64,000 nt of DNA from Clostridia bacterium (GTDB lineage: Bacteria > Bacillota > Clostridia > TANB77 > UBA1234). The stretch is taken from the NCBI GenBank assembly GCA_017469465.1, contig JAFUGH010000018.1:31149-95148 (forward strand), written 5' to 3'. Position numbers and translations under genes: made by a program. Position 1 is the stretch's first letter, and each line of letters opens with the position of its first letter. A model generated the notes under the pieces. The model did not search any database. It had not been told where the DNA came from and saw nothing but the letters and a program-made list of their open reading frames with translations. Below are positions 8,491-18,991 of this stretch, piece by piece.

Positions 8491-8952
8491 TTATTTTATC
8501 CATGAAACAGAAAGTTTATTTTTAATATCTTCTTTCATAACTTCATTTGTTATTTCATAGTTATGTGGTGCCACTAAAAATATGGAATTTGAAATTTTTT
8601 GGATTGTACCATCTAAAGCGAACACTGCTCCTCCAACAAAATCCACAATTCTTCTAGCAACATCTTTATTCACATATTCTAAATTAAGAATAATTGATTT
8701 CTTTTCTTTTAAATGATCACATATCTCTTCTGATTGTTCAAATGTACTTGGTTGTGAAATGATAACTTGTACTTGTTGTAGTCCTGGCATTCCCACAACT
8801 TTACTATTCTTTTTATTAATTGCAGAAGATAGAAATCCTTTTTCTTCTACTGGAGTCTCTTGATTTTCTTCATCTTCATATCCATAATCATAATCAGTGT
8901 CTTCCGCTACGCCTAACATACTCCATACTTTGTTCATAAATTTGTTTCCCAT
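8491..8952 (-). CDS. sepF: Cell division protein SepF
   Basis: 153 aa. Conserved C-terminal SepF domain (IILNLEYV...ARRIVDFVGGAVFALDG) and position next to divIVA. Confidence 0.85.
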   Translation of the reverse strand: MGNKFMNKVWSMLGVAEDTDYDYGYEDEENQETPVEEKGFLSSAINKKNSKVVGMPGLQQVQVIISQPSTFEQSEEICDHLKEKKSIILNLEYVNKDVARRIVDFVGGAVFALDGTIQKISNSIFLVAPHNYEITNEVMKEDIKNKLSVSWIK

Positions 8953-9091
8953 TAAAATACCCTCCTAAATCATTTCTTTATCATTAGTATACTCACATTT
9001 TATACTAAACCCAAGTTACATTTCAATACAAAAACAATAATGTAATTGTAATTTAATCGTTTTGTAATATTTATGTAATATTGAATTAGTA

Positions 9092-10351
9092 TTATCCATC
9101 ATTATCGACAAGAACTTCGCTATATAATTTTAATGTGACAAAGTTTGCAATATCTTGTTCTGTAAATCCCATATCTAAATAATCTTGAGTGGTATAATTA
9201 TCTACAATTACATAGTTATCAAATTCCTTTACAATTTTAATATAGGCAGTTTCATCAAATCCAACTTTTTTTATTTTTACGCTATCTAATGTTGTAATGA
9301 CATCACCACTAACATTTGTAACAGGCTTTTTAGTAATTAAGCTTTTATGTAATTTTAAACCTTCATATGTCCACCAAACTACATCTAAATTTATTTTTCT
9401 ATATTTAGCAAGTTCTTCTATATTGGTTTCTATCTTCGCAAATATTAATCTTCCATCGCCTTCATCAGAAATATACTCAATTGTCGCAGGAATTAAATTA
9501 CTATCCACATTTTCAAATCTTAAATACAATCTATCATTTAAATTTGCTTCTTTACTTTCAGGAGAATCCATAAACATAGCAACATAGCATTCAAAATTAT
9601 TGATTATTTTTATTTTAGAAGTGTTACGTATAATAACTTGATTAGCATTTAACTGCAATGCATTAAGTTCAGCTGATGTCAAATTTGAAATATTATCTTT
9701 GGTTAATAAATTCTCATATCCATCTACCCTATATGATACAAGACCTGAAATTGGTGCTTTTAATTCTTTAGTAGAATCATTTATCTGTTTTTCATAACTA
9801 TTTCTCTCACTTATTAATTCCTTCAATTTTGAACCTACAGGACTTAATTCTCCCACAATTTGCGCTTTTTTTCTTATCGTATTATTTAGCTTAGCTTTAC
9901 TATCTTGCAAAGAATTGATATCATTATTATTTTGTATCGTATCATAAAGTTGTATCTGAATACTTGATTCAAGTGCTTTGGCATCCGGAGAATAAATTGT
10001 TTGTTGACTTGCCATTGCTTCCTCAATTTTCTTATCTAAGTCATTGATTCTTTCAACAAGTTGTCCCTCAGATTCAGAAACATACGTGGCGATTGTTCCA
10101 TTTTTACTCACTCGCGTTGAATCTTCTACTTTTGCTTGTGCAACACCAGTATATTCTGTTGTATCAACTATTTCTTCATTTCTAATGATATAGCCAGTTA
10201 CTTCTTCATATTTAGTAAGTTTTCCGTTTTTTACGATAGTAGTTTCAATCGGCTTTGAAAAAAGTTTTACAACATTAATAATCGTAGAAATAATAATAAT
10301 TAAAATTAACAATAACAAAATAAGCACTATATTACTTTTTTTCTTTGGCAT
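9092..10351 (-). CDS. Membrane-anchored coiled-coil protein, HlyD/membrane-fusion-like
   Basis: Start moved to MPKKKS (ATG at 10351, AGGAG RBS). N-terminal TM helix, long coiled coil, beta-rich C-terminus. Family assignment is tentative. Confidence 0.5.
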   Translation of the reverse strand: MPKKKSNIVLILLLLILIIIISTIINVVKLFSKPIETTIVKNGKLTKYEEVTGYIIRNEEIVDTTEYTGVAQAKVEDSTRVSKNGTIATYVSESEGQLVERINDLDKKIEEAMASQQTIYSPDAKALESSIQIQLYDTIQNNNDINSLQDSKAKLNNTIRKKAQIVGELSPVGSKLKELISERNSYEKQINDSTKELKAPISGLVSYRVDGYENLLTKDNISNLTSAELNALQLNANQVIIRNTSKIKIINNFECYVAMFMDSPESKEANLNDRLYLRFENVDSNLIPATIEYISDEGDGRLIFAKIETNIEELAKYRKINLDVVWWTYEGLKLHKSLITKKPVTNVSGDVITTLDSVKIKKVGFDETAYIKIVKEFDNYVIVDNYTTQDYLDMGFTEQDIANFVTLKLYSEVLVDNDG

Positions 10352-10392
10352 TTTTACTCCTTCTGGAAAATGAACAAAAAAGATTATCTTCT

Positions 10393-11310
10393 TTATTTGC
10401 ATTCCAAAGTATTAATAATTAAATTCACAGCCTCTTCTTTTTTTACCCATTTAATTCTTTCATCTCGTCTAAACCATGTTAACTGACGTTTAGCATAATG
10501 TCTAGTCTCAATTTTAAGCTTTTCCACCATTGCTTCATAACTCAAATTTCCATTTAAATAATCTATCACTTCTTTATAGCCAAGTCCTTGTATTGCTGTA
10601 TTCGATAATTGATATTTTTGTATTAAGTTTTTGACTTCATCAATTAAACCATTTTCAAGCATTAAATCAACTCTCTGATTTATTCTATTGTATAATTCTT
10701 CTCTTTCCCATTCAATTCCAAACATTTGATAATCGTACTTCACTTCTTGAATTGATTCTTTATCAATTTGCGTTTTTGTTTTTCCAGTAACTTTGTATAT
10801 TTCTAACGCTCTTATGACTCTTCTAACATTATTTTTATCTATTATTTGTGCAGCATCCGGATCAATTCTTTGAAGTTCATTAAATAAAGAATCAACCCCT
10901 TCTTTTTCACATCTCTCCTGTAGTTCTCTTATATATTCTTCATCATGATTAGTATCTATAAATTCAATACCATTTACCAATGTATTAATATATAAACCTG
11001 TTCCACCAACGATTATTGGAGTTTTATTTTTTTTCAATATTTCTTCAATAGCGTTTGTAGCTAGTTCTTTATATCTAGCGACATTAAATTGTTCATTTGG
11101 TGAAGCAACGTCTAACATATAATGTTTAATTCCATTTTGTTCTTCCATGCTAGGCTTTGCTGTTCCAATATCCATATATTTATATATTTGCATAGAATCA
11201 GCAGAAACGATTTCACCATTGATTTTTTTTGCTAATTCAATTGATACCGCAGTTTTTCCTGAAGCAGTTGGTCCCACAATTACCACAACTTTGGGTTTCA
11301 TTTCTTCCAT
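10393..11310 (-). CDS. miaA: tRNA dimethylallyltransferase
   Basis: 305 aa. P-loop GPTASGKT and conserved MiaA core (GGTGLY, QLTWFRR). Confidence 0.92.
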   Translation of the reverse strand: MEEMKPKVVVIVGPTASGKTAVSIELAKKINGEIVSADSMQIYKYMDIGTAKPSMEEQNGIKHYMLDVASPNEQFNVARYKELATNAIEEILKKNKTPIIVGGTGLYINTLVNGIEFIDTNHDEEYIRELQERCEKEGVDSLFNELQRIDPDAAQIIDKNNVRRVIRALEIYKVTGKTKTQIDKESIQEVKYDYQMFGIEWEREELYNRINQRVDLMLENGLIDEVKNLIQKYQLSNTAIQGLGYKEVIDYLNGNLSYEAMVEKLKIETRHYAKRQLTWFRRDERIKWVKKEEAVNLIINTLECK

Positions 11311-11340
11311 AATTTTTCTCCTCTGCTATTCGCAAAAGAA

Positions 11341-13302
11341 TTATCTCCTGCCAAATTTTTTTTCAATCTCATTTCTAGTAATTCTAATTGCTGTCGGTCT
11401 GCCGTGTGGACATGTAAATGGGCTTTCTAATTGAAGAAGTTCATCTAATAATGAACGAATTTCGCTCTCATCTAAATACATATTTCCTTTTACAGCAGCT
11501 TTGCAAGCAACTGTCGCAATAAACTTTTCTTCGATGTCTTGCTTATTTGTCCTATTAGTAATATCTAGTCCATCTAAAATATCCAAAAACAAATCTTTAG
11601 TGTTCATATCATAACATATAACAGGTACTCCATTTATTTTTATTGCATCTTCTCCAAATTCTTCTATATCAAATCCAGATTGTTCAAATAATCTCATATT
11701 ATTATGAACCATTCTCATATCTTTTTTAGATAGATTTAAAACATCTGGTAACAAAAGCATTTGAATTTCATTCCCGCCATCTTTATAAAAATTCTTTTTT
11801 ACCTTTTCATATAACACTCTTTCATGTGCTGCGTGTTGATCTAAAATATAAATGTCATCTTCTAGTTGTAAAATAATATAAGTATTAAATGCAACTCCTA
11901 AAATTTTATATTCTGGCAATTCTGCTTTTTCAATAAAATCTTGTTCATAAAATACAGGTGCCTTCTTTTCACTACTCGTTTCCGCAATACTTGGTATATC
12001 TTGGTCAATTTCTACATAATTTTGCATTACATGAGTTGCCGACTCGTTTTCAGTATTATATTTTGCAGATTCTTCATTAATCGAAACTGTATCAGTTATT
12101 GAGTTTGAGAAATTTGACAATGAATCTCCACTTTCATTCTTACTCAAATGATTCTCAAAATTAGCTGTAATAACATTGTCATCATTGCTTGTAACACTAG
12201 CAAAATGTGAAGCACTACCTTTAAAGATTTCAAACAATCCTTTTTTGGCAGGCGCAGCCACTGTGTTTTCTCTTGCTACCGGTCTATTATCAGCAGAAGA
12301 GTCAGCTATCAAATCATTACCAAGTAAAGCATTTCTTACTCCATGATAAACTGCTTTAAACACACTACTTTCGTCAGTAAATCTAACTTCTAATTTTGCA
12401 GGATGTACATTTACATCCACAAGTTCAGGATTAAGAGTTACATTCAAAACACAAAATCCAAATTTTCCTTGTGGTATTAAAGTTCTATAAGCTTCCTCGG
12501 TTGCAGCCGATAATGTTTTATCTTTAATATATCTATTATTTACGTAAAACATTTGATTAGCCCTATTGGATCTTGCAATTTCGGGCTTTCCTACTACTCC
12601 ACTTACTTTTATTCCCTCGTATTCAAAATTTACTTTAACTATATTTTGTGAAATATCCTTTCCAAATAAATTAAATACTACTGTTTGAATATCTCCATTT
12701 CCACTTGTTTGTAAAACTTGTTTCTTATTACTTAATAATTTAAAAGATATATTTGGATTTATCAATGCAATTCTCTCTAGTGCTGTTTCAATATATCCTG
12801 CCTCTGTATAATCTTTCTTGAGGAATTTATACCTAACTGGTGTATTGTAAAATAATTCTTTAACCGTAATCGTTGTTCCTTGAGGAGCCCCACATTCTTC
12901 TTTTAAAACAATATCTCCTCCCTCTACAATAATTCTTGTACCTATACTGCTATCGGCAGTTTTCGTCACTAATTCCACTTTGCCTACAGAAGCAATACTG
13001 GCTAATGCCTCACCTCTAAAACCCATAGTAGAAATTTTCATTAAGTCTTTACTACTACGAATTTTACTTGTAGCATGACGTTCAAATGCAATCTCAACAT
13101 CATCACTAGCAATTCCCTTTCCATTGTCGGTAATTCTAATTAAAGAAATTCCACCATTTTCTATTTCAACATTAATTTTGGTTGCTCCTGCATCAATAGA
13201 GTTTTCTATTAATTCCTTTACGACATTTGCAGGTCTTTCAATAACTTCTCCCGCTGCAATTTGATTAATAGTCAATTCATCCAATAAAACAATACTACCC
13301 AT
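11341..13302 (-). CDS. mutL: DNA mismatch repair protein MutL
   Basis: 653 aa. GHKL ATPase N-terminus (NQIAAGEVIERPANVVKELIENSIDAG) and C-terminal endonuclease/dimerisation domain. Confidence 0.93.
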   Translation of the reverse strand: MGSIVLLDELTINQIAAGEVIERPANVVKELIENSIDAGATKINVEIENGGISLIRITDNGKGIASDDVEIAFERHATSKIRSSKDLMKISTMGFRGEALASIASVGKVELVTKTADSSIGTRIIVEGGDIVLKEECGAPQGTTITVKELFYNTPVRYKFLKKDYTEAGYIETALERIALINPNISFKLLSNKKQVLQTSGNGDIQTVVFNLFGKDISQNIVKVNFEYEGIKVSGVVGKPEIARSNRANQMFYVNNRYIKDKTLSAATEEAYRTLIPQGKFGFCVLNVTLNPELVDVNVHPAKLEVRFTDESSVFKAVYHGVRNALLGNDLIADSSADNRPVARENTVAAPAKKGLFEIFKGSASHFASVTSNDDNVITANFENHLSKNESGDSLSNFSNSITDTVSINEESAKYNTENESATHVMQNYVEIDQDIPSIAETSSEKKAPVFYEQDFIEKAELPEYKILGVAFNTYIILQLEDDIYILDQHAAHERVLYEKVKKNFYKDGGNEIQMLLLPDVLNLSKKDMRMVHNNMRLFEQSGFDIEEFGEDAIKINGVPVICYDMNTKDLFLDILDGLDITNRTNKQDIEEKFIATVACKAAVKGNMYLDESEIRSLLDELLQLESPFTCPHGRPTAIRITRNEIEKKFGRR

Positions 13303-13321
13303 ACTTCATCCTCCTTATGAA

Positions 13322-14143
13322 CTATACTCTATCTATCACATCTTTTAATCTCAATAAATTATCATACACATTTTGCTTCATTTTGTCATCCACCTTGTCA
13401 TAAGATGGAAGAATCCTCTCCGTATTTACGTCATAAGGTCCATACTCCAAAGTCAAAACTCTAACATCCGAGCATTTTTCAAGTAGATAATTTAACATTT
13501 CATAATCCTCTTTTTTCATTTCAGAGTGATTAGCTCTGATTAATCCCTCATTATTTAATTCACAACCAGATAGATGAATTTCTCTCACTTTATCTAATGG
13601 AAGTGCATCGATATACTTTTGATAAGGAATATTTAATACTTCGGCAGCCGCTTTAGCATGCGCAATATCCAAAAGGAAATATACATTTGCCTTCTCAATA
13701 ACTTTACAAATAAATTCAGGATTTGCTAAAGAATTTCGTTCTTTATTTCCTATGTTAGCTGGTACATTTTCAAGCAAAATATCATAATCGCATATTTTTC
13801 TCACTTTAGATATGTTTTTCATTATCGTTTCGATCATATCTTCTTCGCTTTCTAGCTCTTCCTCATTATCTATATTAATGTGAAAAGAAATATGAGGGCA
13901 CCTACTTTTTTCATAATACTCTTTTTGTAGCTTCCAATTTCTATCATTTAAAAAACGTTTACTGGCAGCATTTGCCCCATGGCCAACAAGCCCATGAAAA
14001 ATAACTTTTTTATTTTTTGCACACCAATCAAATGGTGACAAATCACCATTAATACTATATAGTTTAAAGTAATCAATAAAGTCTATCTTTTCTTCTTCAA
14101 ACAATTCCTTAACTTCCGAAGTATAATTCACGCATAATTCCAT
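13322..14143 (-). CDS. DUF692-like (xylose-isomerase-like TIM barrel) protein
   Basis: Blocks ISFHI, ILLENV, FLLDIAH, VREIHLSGC and LTLEYGPYD parallel the UPF0276/DUF692 pattern. The ATG at 14143 is preferred over the TTG at 14170. Confidence 0.55.
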   Translation of the reverse strand: MELCVNYTSEVKELFEEEKIDFIDYFKLYSINGDLSPFDWCAKNKKVIFHGLVGHGANAASKRFLNDRNWKLQKEYYEKSRCPHISFHINIDNEEELESEEDMIETIMKNISKVRKICDYDILLENVPANIGNKERNSLANPEFICKVIEKANVYFLLDIAHAKAAAEVLNIPYQKYIDALPLDKVREIHLSGCELNNEGLIRANHSEMKKEDYEMLNYLLEKCSDVRVLTLEYGPYDVNTERILPSYDKVDDKMKQNVYDNLLRLKDVIDRV

Positions 14144-14171
14144 TTTCTTCACATCCTTCGTTTCTTTCAAC

Positions 14172-16745
14172 TTAAAGTTTGTTTTTCATCTTGACCAATG
14201 TATTAAGTGCATCAATTGGTGTCAATTCATTAACATCAATCTTTTCAAGTTCTGTTGCAATTTCACCTAATTTATAATTAAACATATCGACTTGAGCTAT
14301 GTCATTTCCTTTCTTGCTTTCCTTCATTTGTGCAACCGCATAACTTCCTTCTTTAAGTTCATTTAATATTTGATTTGCTCTATTAACAATTACATTAGGA
14401 ATCCCTGCTAGTTTTGCAACATAAATTCCATAACTTTCATCTGCACCACCGCGAACTATTTTTCTTAAGAATATTACATCTTCACCTTTTTCTTTCACAG
14501 CTATGCAATAATTTTTAACACCTGCAACTTTACTTTCAAGTTCTGTTAATTCATGATAATGAGTTGCGAATAAAGTTCTTGCTCCTATTTTATCAGTTTT
14601 TGCTATGTACTCAACAACCGACCATGCAATAGATAACCCATCATATGTTGAGGTACCTCTGCCTATTTCATCAAGGATTAGCAAACTTCTTTTGCTTGCA
14701 TTTAAAACTATATTAGAAACTTCATTCATTTCAACCATAAACGTAGATTGCCCTGTGGATAAATCATCTGAAGCTCCCACTCTAGTAAATATTCTATCTA
14801 CAATACCAATTTTAGCAAAGCTAGCTGGTACAAAACTTCCTATTTGCGCCATCAAAGTAATTAATGCTACTTGCCTCATATAAGTAGATTTACCAGCCAT
14901 ATTTGGACCAGTAATAATATTGATTCTATCTTCTCGTGTATTTAAAAAAGTATCATTCGGTACAAAGCTTCCCGCTGAAATTAATTTTTCAACAACAGGA
15001 TGTCTTCCATCCTTAATATTGATTTCATCCGTATTATCAATAATTGGCATGGTATATGAATTTTGATCTGCAACTTCAGCAAGTGAAGCAAGTGTATCTA
15101 AATCAGCAACAACACTACTACTTTTTTGTAGCCTTTCAATTTGTAAAGAAATATTCTCTCTTATCTTTGTAAATAAATCATATTCTAGATTTACAATCTT
15201 ATCTTGTGCGCCCAATATTGTATTTTCTATTTCTTTCAATTCTTCTGTGATGTATCTTTCACCATTCGTCAATGTTTGCTTTCTAATAAATCTATCTGGA
15301 ACTTGATTTATAAATGATTTGGAAACTTCAATATAATATCCGAATACTTTGTTATAACCAACTTTTAAAGTTCGAATTCCTGTTTGCTCACGCTCCTTGG
15401 ATTCTAATTCAATAATCCAGTTCTTGCCTTCCGTTGATGCAGTTCTCAATTTGTGAACTTCTTCATCAAAATCTGCTTTAATAATGCCTCCTTCCTTTAT
15501 TGAAATTGGAGGATCATCAACAATGGCTGCTTCTATAAGATTTGTAACATCTTCTAATAAATCCAATTTTTCATGCAAATTTTTTAACAATTTCGAATCA
15601 CAGTTTGATATAAGACTTTTCAGTGCAGGTAATTGCTTTAAGGAATTCTTTAAAGAAATCATATCTCTTGCATTAACATTACCATATGAAATTTTTCCTG
15701 CTAATCTCTCTATATCATAAACATTTTTTAAAGTATCAAAAACATCACTTCTTAAAATAACATTTTCTTTTAATTCTTTAACAGCTTCCAGTCTATCATT
15801 AATTTCATCTATATCCATCAATGGCTTTTCAATCCAACGTCTTAGGTTTCTGCCTCCCATTGATGTAGCGGTCTTATCTAACACCCAAAGTAAACTTCCT
15901 TTTTTATTCTTCTCCCTTAAAGTTTCTGTAAGCTCTAAATTTTTTCTTGCAATATTATCTAGAACCATATAATTCGAATACTCATAAACATCTACTTGAT
16001 TGATGTGTTTTAATTCAATTTTTTGTGTTTCCATAATGTAAGCAAATAATAATTTCGTTGCATCCTTTGCATAAGGTTTTTCTTCTAAATCAACATTTTG
16101 TGCTATATTAGGAATTTCCTCTTCATTATCTCGTACTGATATATACGTTTTTAATCTTTGTTTAATTTTCTCAATTTTAGTACTATCGCCATATAATTCG
16201 CTATTTACAACTATTTCAGCTGGTTCAAATCTGCCAAGTTCATTTAGAACATTAGAAAAATTAGATAAATTGATAAACTCTGTTGCATAGAATTCACCTG
16301 TTGAAACATCAGAAAAAGCTAGTCCGTAGTTCAAACCATTTGCATAAATGCTAGCTAAATAATTATTTCTATTTTCATCTAAAATATTAGATTCAATAAT
16401 TGTTCCTGGTGTAATTACTCTAATAACATCTCTTTTTACAATTCCTTTTGCTGTAGCCGGATCTTCCAATTGCTCACCTATAGCTACTTTATAACCTTTG
16501 CCTATTAATTTTGCTATGTAATTTTGCACACTATGATGTGGTACTCCACACATTGGTGCTCTTTCTTTTAAACCACAGTCCTTCCCTGTAAGAGTTATTT
16601 CAAGTTCACGAGATGCAATAATTGCATCATCAAAAAACATTTCATAAAAATCGCCTAATCTATAAAAAAGGATACAATCCTTATATTGATTTTTTACTTC
16701 CATATATTGCTTCATCATAGGTGTCAATTCTTCCAAATTTATCAC
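14172..16745 (-). CDS. mutS: DNA mismatch repair protein MutS
   Basis: 857 aa. Mismatch-binding N-terminus (TPMMKQY...FYRLGDFYE), Walker A GPNMAGKST, and DEIGRGTSTYDG. Confidence 0.95.
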   Translation of the reverse strand: MINLEELTPMMKQYMEVKNQYKDCILFYRLGDFYEMFFDDAIIASRELEITLTGKDCGLKERAPMCGVPHHSVQNYIAKLIGKGYKVAIGEQLEDPATAKGIVKRDVIRVITPGTIIESNILDENRNNYLASIYANGLNYGLAFSDVSTGEFYATEFINLSNFSNVLNELGRFEPAEIVVNSELYGDSTKIEKIKQRLKTYISVRDNEEEIPNIAQNVDLEEKPYAKDATKLLFAYIMETQKIELKHINQVDVYEYSNYMVLDNIARKNLELTETLREKNKKGSLLWVLDKTATSMGGRNLRRWIEKPLMDIDEINDRLEAVKELKENVILRSDVFDTLKNVYDIERLAGKISYGNVNARDMISLKNSLKQLPALKSLISNCDSKLLKNLHEKLDLLEDVTNLIEAAIVDDPPISIKEGGIIKADFDEEVHKLRTASTEGKNWIIELESKEREQTGIRTLKVGYNKVFGYYIEVSKSFINQVPDRFIRKQTLTNGERYITEELKEIENTILGAQDKIVNLEYDLFTKIRENISLQIERLQKSSSVVADLDTLASLAEVADQNSYTMPIIDNTDEINIKDGRHPVVEKLISAGSFVPNDTFLNTREDRINIITGPNMAGKSTYMRQVALITLMAQIGSFVPASFAKIGIVDRIFTRVGASDDLSTGQSTFMVEMNEVSNIVLNASKRSLLILDEIGRGTSTYDGLSIAWSVVEYIAKTDKIGARTLFATHYHELTELESKVAGVKNYCIAVKEKGEDVIFLRKIVRGGADESYGIYVAKLAGIPNVIVNRANQILNELKEGSYAVAQMKESKKGNDIAQVDMFNYKLGEIATELEKIDVNELTPIDALNTLVKMKNKL

Positions 16746-16868
16746 ATCCTTACTAATGCAAATTTTATCATTTTGCTAGGGAAAATGCAAGAAAAACTAC
16801 CTATGTAAATCGAGCAATTTTATATAAAGAATAGTAAAACAAAAAGACTATAGATTCAAATGAACTAT

Positions 16869-17051
16869 GAAATTTGCACAACGAGGACGTCCGGAATTGC
16901 TGAAAAAGTCTGCCAATGGGTGCCAATGGCATTGATTTTTTGTTTTATGGCGAACACTGTTCGCCACTACGATTGTGACTTTATCAATGCTTCTAGACGT
17001 CCATTAAATGTGAAATTCGCACAATGGGGACGTCCCCATTGTGCGAATTTC
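16869..17051. repeat. Composite repeat: family-B half-sites, one family-A unit and a perfect 40-nt palindrome
   Basis: GAAATTTGCACAACGAGGACGTCC (16869..), ATGGCGAACACTGTTCGCCACTACG (16947..16971), GAAATTCGCACAATGGGGAC|GTCCCCATTGTGCGAATTTC (17012..17051). Confidence 0.8.
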
Positions 17052-17081
17052 AGAACACCTTCTTTTTGAATAAACGAATAT

Positions 17082-18353
17082 TTATGCTTTCACTTTCTTT
17101 TTGCTATTTTCTTGCTTTGCGCTAGTATTGCTTTGTTTTGTTGATGTTTTTTTTCCTTCCAATGTACTACAATCAATCGTAACCATCTCTTTAGAAGAAC
17201 CAGTATAATAATTGGCTTTCGTTGTACCTTTTATGTTCCAGTCTGTTTTAAAAGTTCTTAGAATATTATTGGCAAATTCTTTAGGATCTTTCTCATTTCC
17301 TGTAACATTAATGCTAATCTCAGGACCTTTTATTTCAACTGTTGCATCAATATTTTCATTATTTTGTTCTGCCATATACCCTAATTTTCCGTCTTTTGCC
17401 TTTCTTATTTTTAATGCTTGGCTCCCTGTTGCGTAAAGAATCTTATTATCATACGAAGCATAAGTTCCTCTACCAGTACTACCATAATGTCCATCTTTAT
17501 CAGGATAATTTACTATTCTTGATCTAATTTTATGAGTTCTCGAGCTTTTAAAAGTTATTTCATCATTTTGTTCTATCCTAGCTTTTGGTTCATCATTTTT
17601 AAATAATATGACATCTCTTTCTATCTCAGTTAGTCCTAAATACTCTGTAAATTCATCATTTTCAGGCTTTATTTGTGCATCTTTAATATATCTAATCTCT
17701 TTTTCTTTCGTTTGTGTATAATTACCAAATGCTTTTAAATTTTCAGGTAATTCCTCATTATATTTTTGTCTATCTATTGTATATATAATTTTCGTTTCTA
17801 ACATCTCTTTTTTTACTTTATCTGGGGCAAAAGGATTTAAACTAATTCCACCCATCTCAAGTCTTTTTTTCATTTCATCTTCATTTAAAAATCTTTCAAC
17901 CGTCTTTCGCAAATATGACTTATTATCATCAAAGAAAATAATTTCCTTTAACCTTGGTTCTCTTTCTTTACTATTGTAGTCTTCCTCACTAGGATAATAC
18001 ATTCGTGTATGCTCTTTTATTTCGCCTTTTTCATTTTTATGTTTTATTGTTACTTCAACGGAAGCAATCACTTCCCATTTTGTTGGAACACTAATTTTTT
18101 TCACAATTGTTTCTAATATTTCTTTTGTTTCTAGTTCTTTTGCTGTAACTTCTTCTGTAATCAATCTTCCCATATTATCCATGTAACTGATACAATTTCC
18201 CTTAATCCTTGGGTTTGCCTTTGTACCATACTTTATTGCTGCAAATTTATCTTTAAAAAACCTAACAAAACGTGAGCCTTCATAAAGTACTAACTCCTCT
18301 GATGGTTGAATCGCTCTATCATATTCGCCAGACGGAATTGACCAAATATCCAA
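17082..18353 (-). CDS. Hypothetical protein, 423 aa, K/E-rich, no recognisable motif
   Basis: Long intact ORF with a TTG start 8 nt after a strong GAGGAGG RBS. No signal peptide or TM helix. Confidence 0.7.
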   Translation of the reverse strand: MDIWSIPSGEYDRAIQPSEELVLYEGSRFVRFFKDKFAAIKYGTKANPRIKGNCISYMDNMGRLITEEVTAKELETKEILETIVKKISVPTKWEVIASVEVTIKHKNEKGEIKEHTRMYYPSEEDYNSKEREPRLKEIIFFDDNKSYLRKTVERFLNEDEMKKRLEMGGISLNPFAPDKVKKEMLETKIIYTIDRQKYNEELPENLKAFGNYTQTKEKEIRYIKDAQIKPENDEFTEYLGLTEIERDVILFKNDEPKARIEQNDEITFKSSRTHKIRSRIVNYPDKDGHYGSTGRGTYASYDNKILYATGSQALKIRKAKDGKLGYMAEQNNENIDATVEIKGPEISINVTGNEKDPKEFANNILRTFKTDWNIKGTTKANYYTGSSKEMVTIDCSTLEGKKTSTKQSNTSAKQENSKKKVKA

Positions 18354-18493
18354 AACTTACGCCTCCTCTTTTGCATTCACTATAAAACAATTTTATCGTT
18401 TTGGACTTTGTAAGTCAATGAATATAAAATAATTCTTTCAGAAAAATTTTCCAGAAATTTAACTGAGAAGGATTCAATATAGGAATATTATAC

Positions 18494-18526
18494 AAAAAAA
18501 TCTACTGGTATATACTCCAGTAGATT
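18494..18526 (-). terminator. Intrinsic terminator after rplL
   Basis: 9-bp stem ATCTACTGG/CCAGTAGAT followed on the minus strand by a 7-nt U-run. Confidence 0.75.
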
Positions 18527-18544
18527 TTGATTTAAAAATAATTA

Positions 18545-18916
18545 TTATTGAAGTTCAACTTCTGCTCCAGCTTCTTTTAAGCTAGCTGCTAATTTTTCTG
18601 CATCTTCTTTAGCTACATTTTCTTTTACTGTTTTAGGAGCTCCATCAACTAAATCTTTAGCTTCTTTTAATCCTAAACCTGTAGCTTCTCTTACAACTTT
18701 AATAACAGCAATCTTATTTGCTCCAGCGCTCTTTAATACAACATTGAATTCTGTTTTTTCTTCAGCAGCTGCTGCTCCAGCTCCTGGTGCTGCTGCTACA
18801 ACTGCTGCTGCAGCTGCAGATACTCCAAATTTTTCTTCAATAGCTTTTACTAAATCAGCTAATTCTAATACTGAAAGTTTTTCAATTTCAGCAATAATAT
18901 TTTCGATTTTTTCCAT
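18545..18916 (-). CDS. rplL: 50S ribosomal protein L7/L12
   Basis: 123 aa. Ala-rich hinge and conserved C-terminal domain ([15 protein letters not shown]). Confidence 0.97.
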   Translation of the reverse strand: MEKIENIIAEIEKLSVLELADLVKAIEEKFGVSAAAAAVVAAAPGAGAAAAEEKTEFNVVLKSAGANKIAVIKVVREATGLGLKEAKDLVDGAPKTVKENVAKEDAEKLAASLKEAGAEVELQ

Positions 18917-18991
18917 CTTAATTTCTCCTTTATTTTTTATTTCATGAATTTAAATGGTTTCATGATACCACAAACATTATCGTAATGCAAA

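Noticed and set aside
16860-17069. 69-aa plus-strand ORF between mutS and the 423-aa orphan
   Set aside because: It lies entirely within the composite repeat (palindromes and a family-A unit). It has no RBS and an implausible composition.
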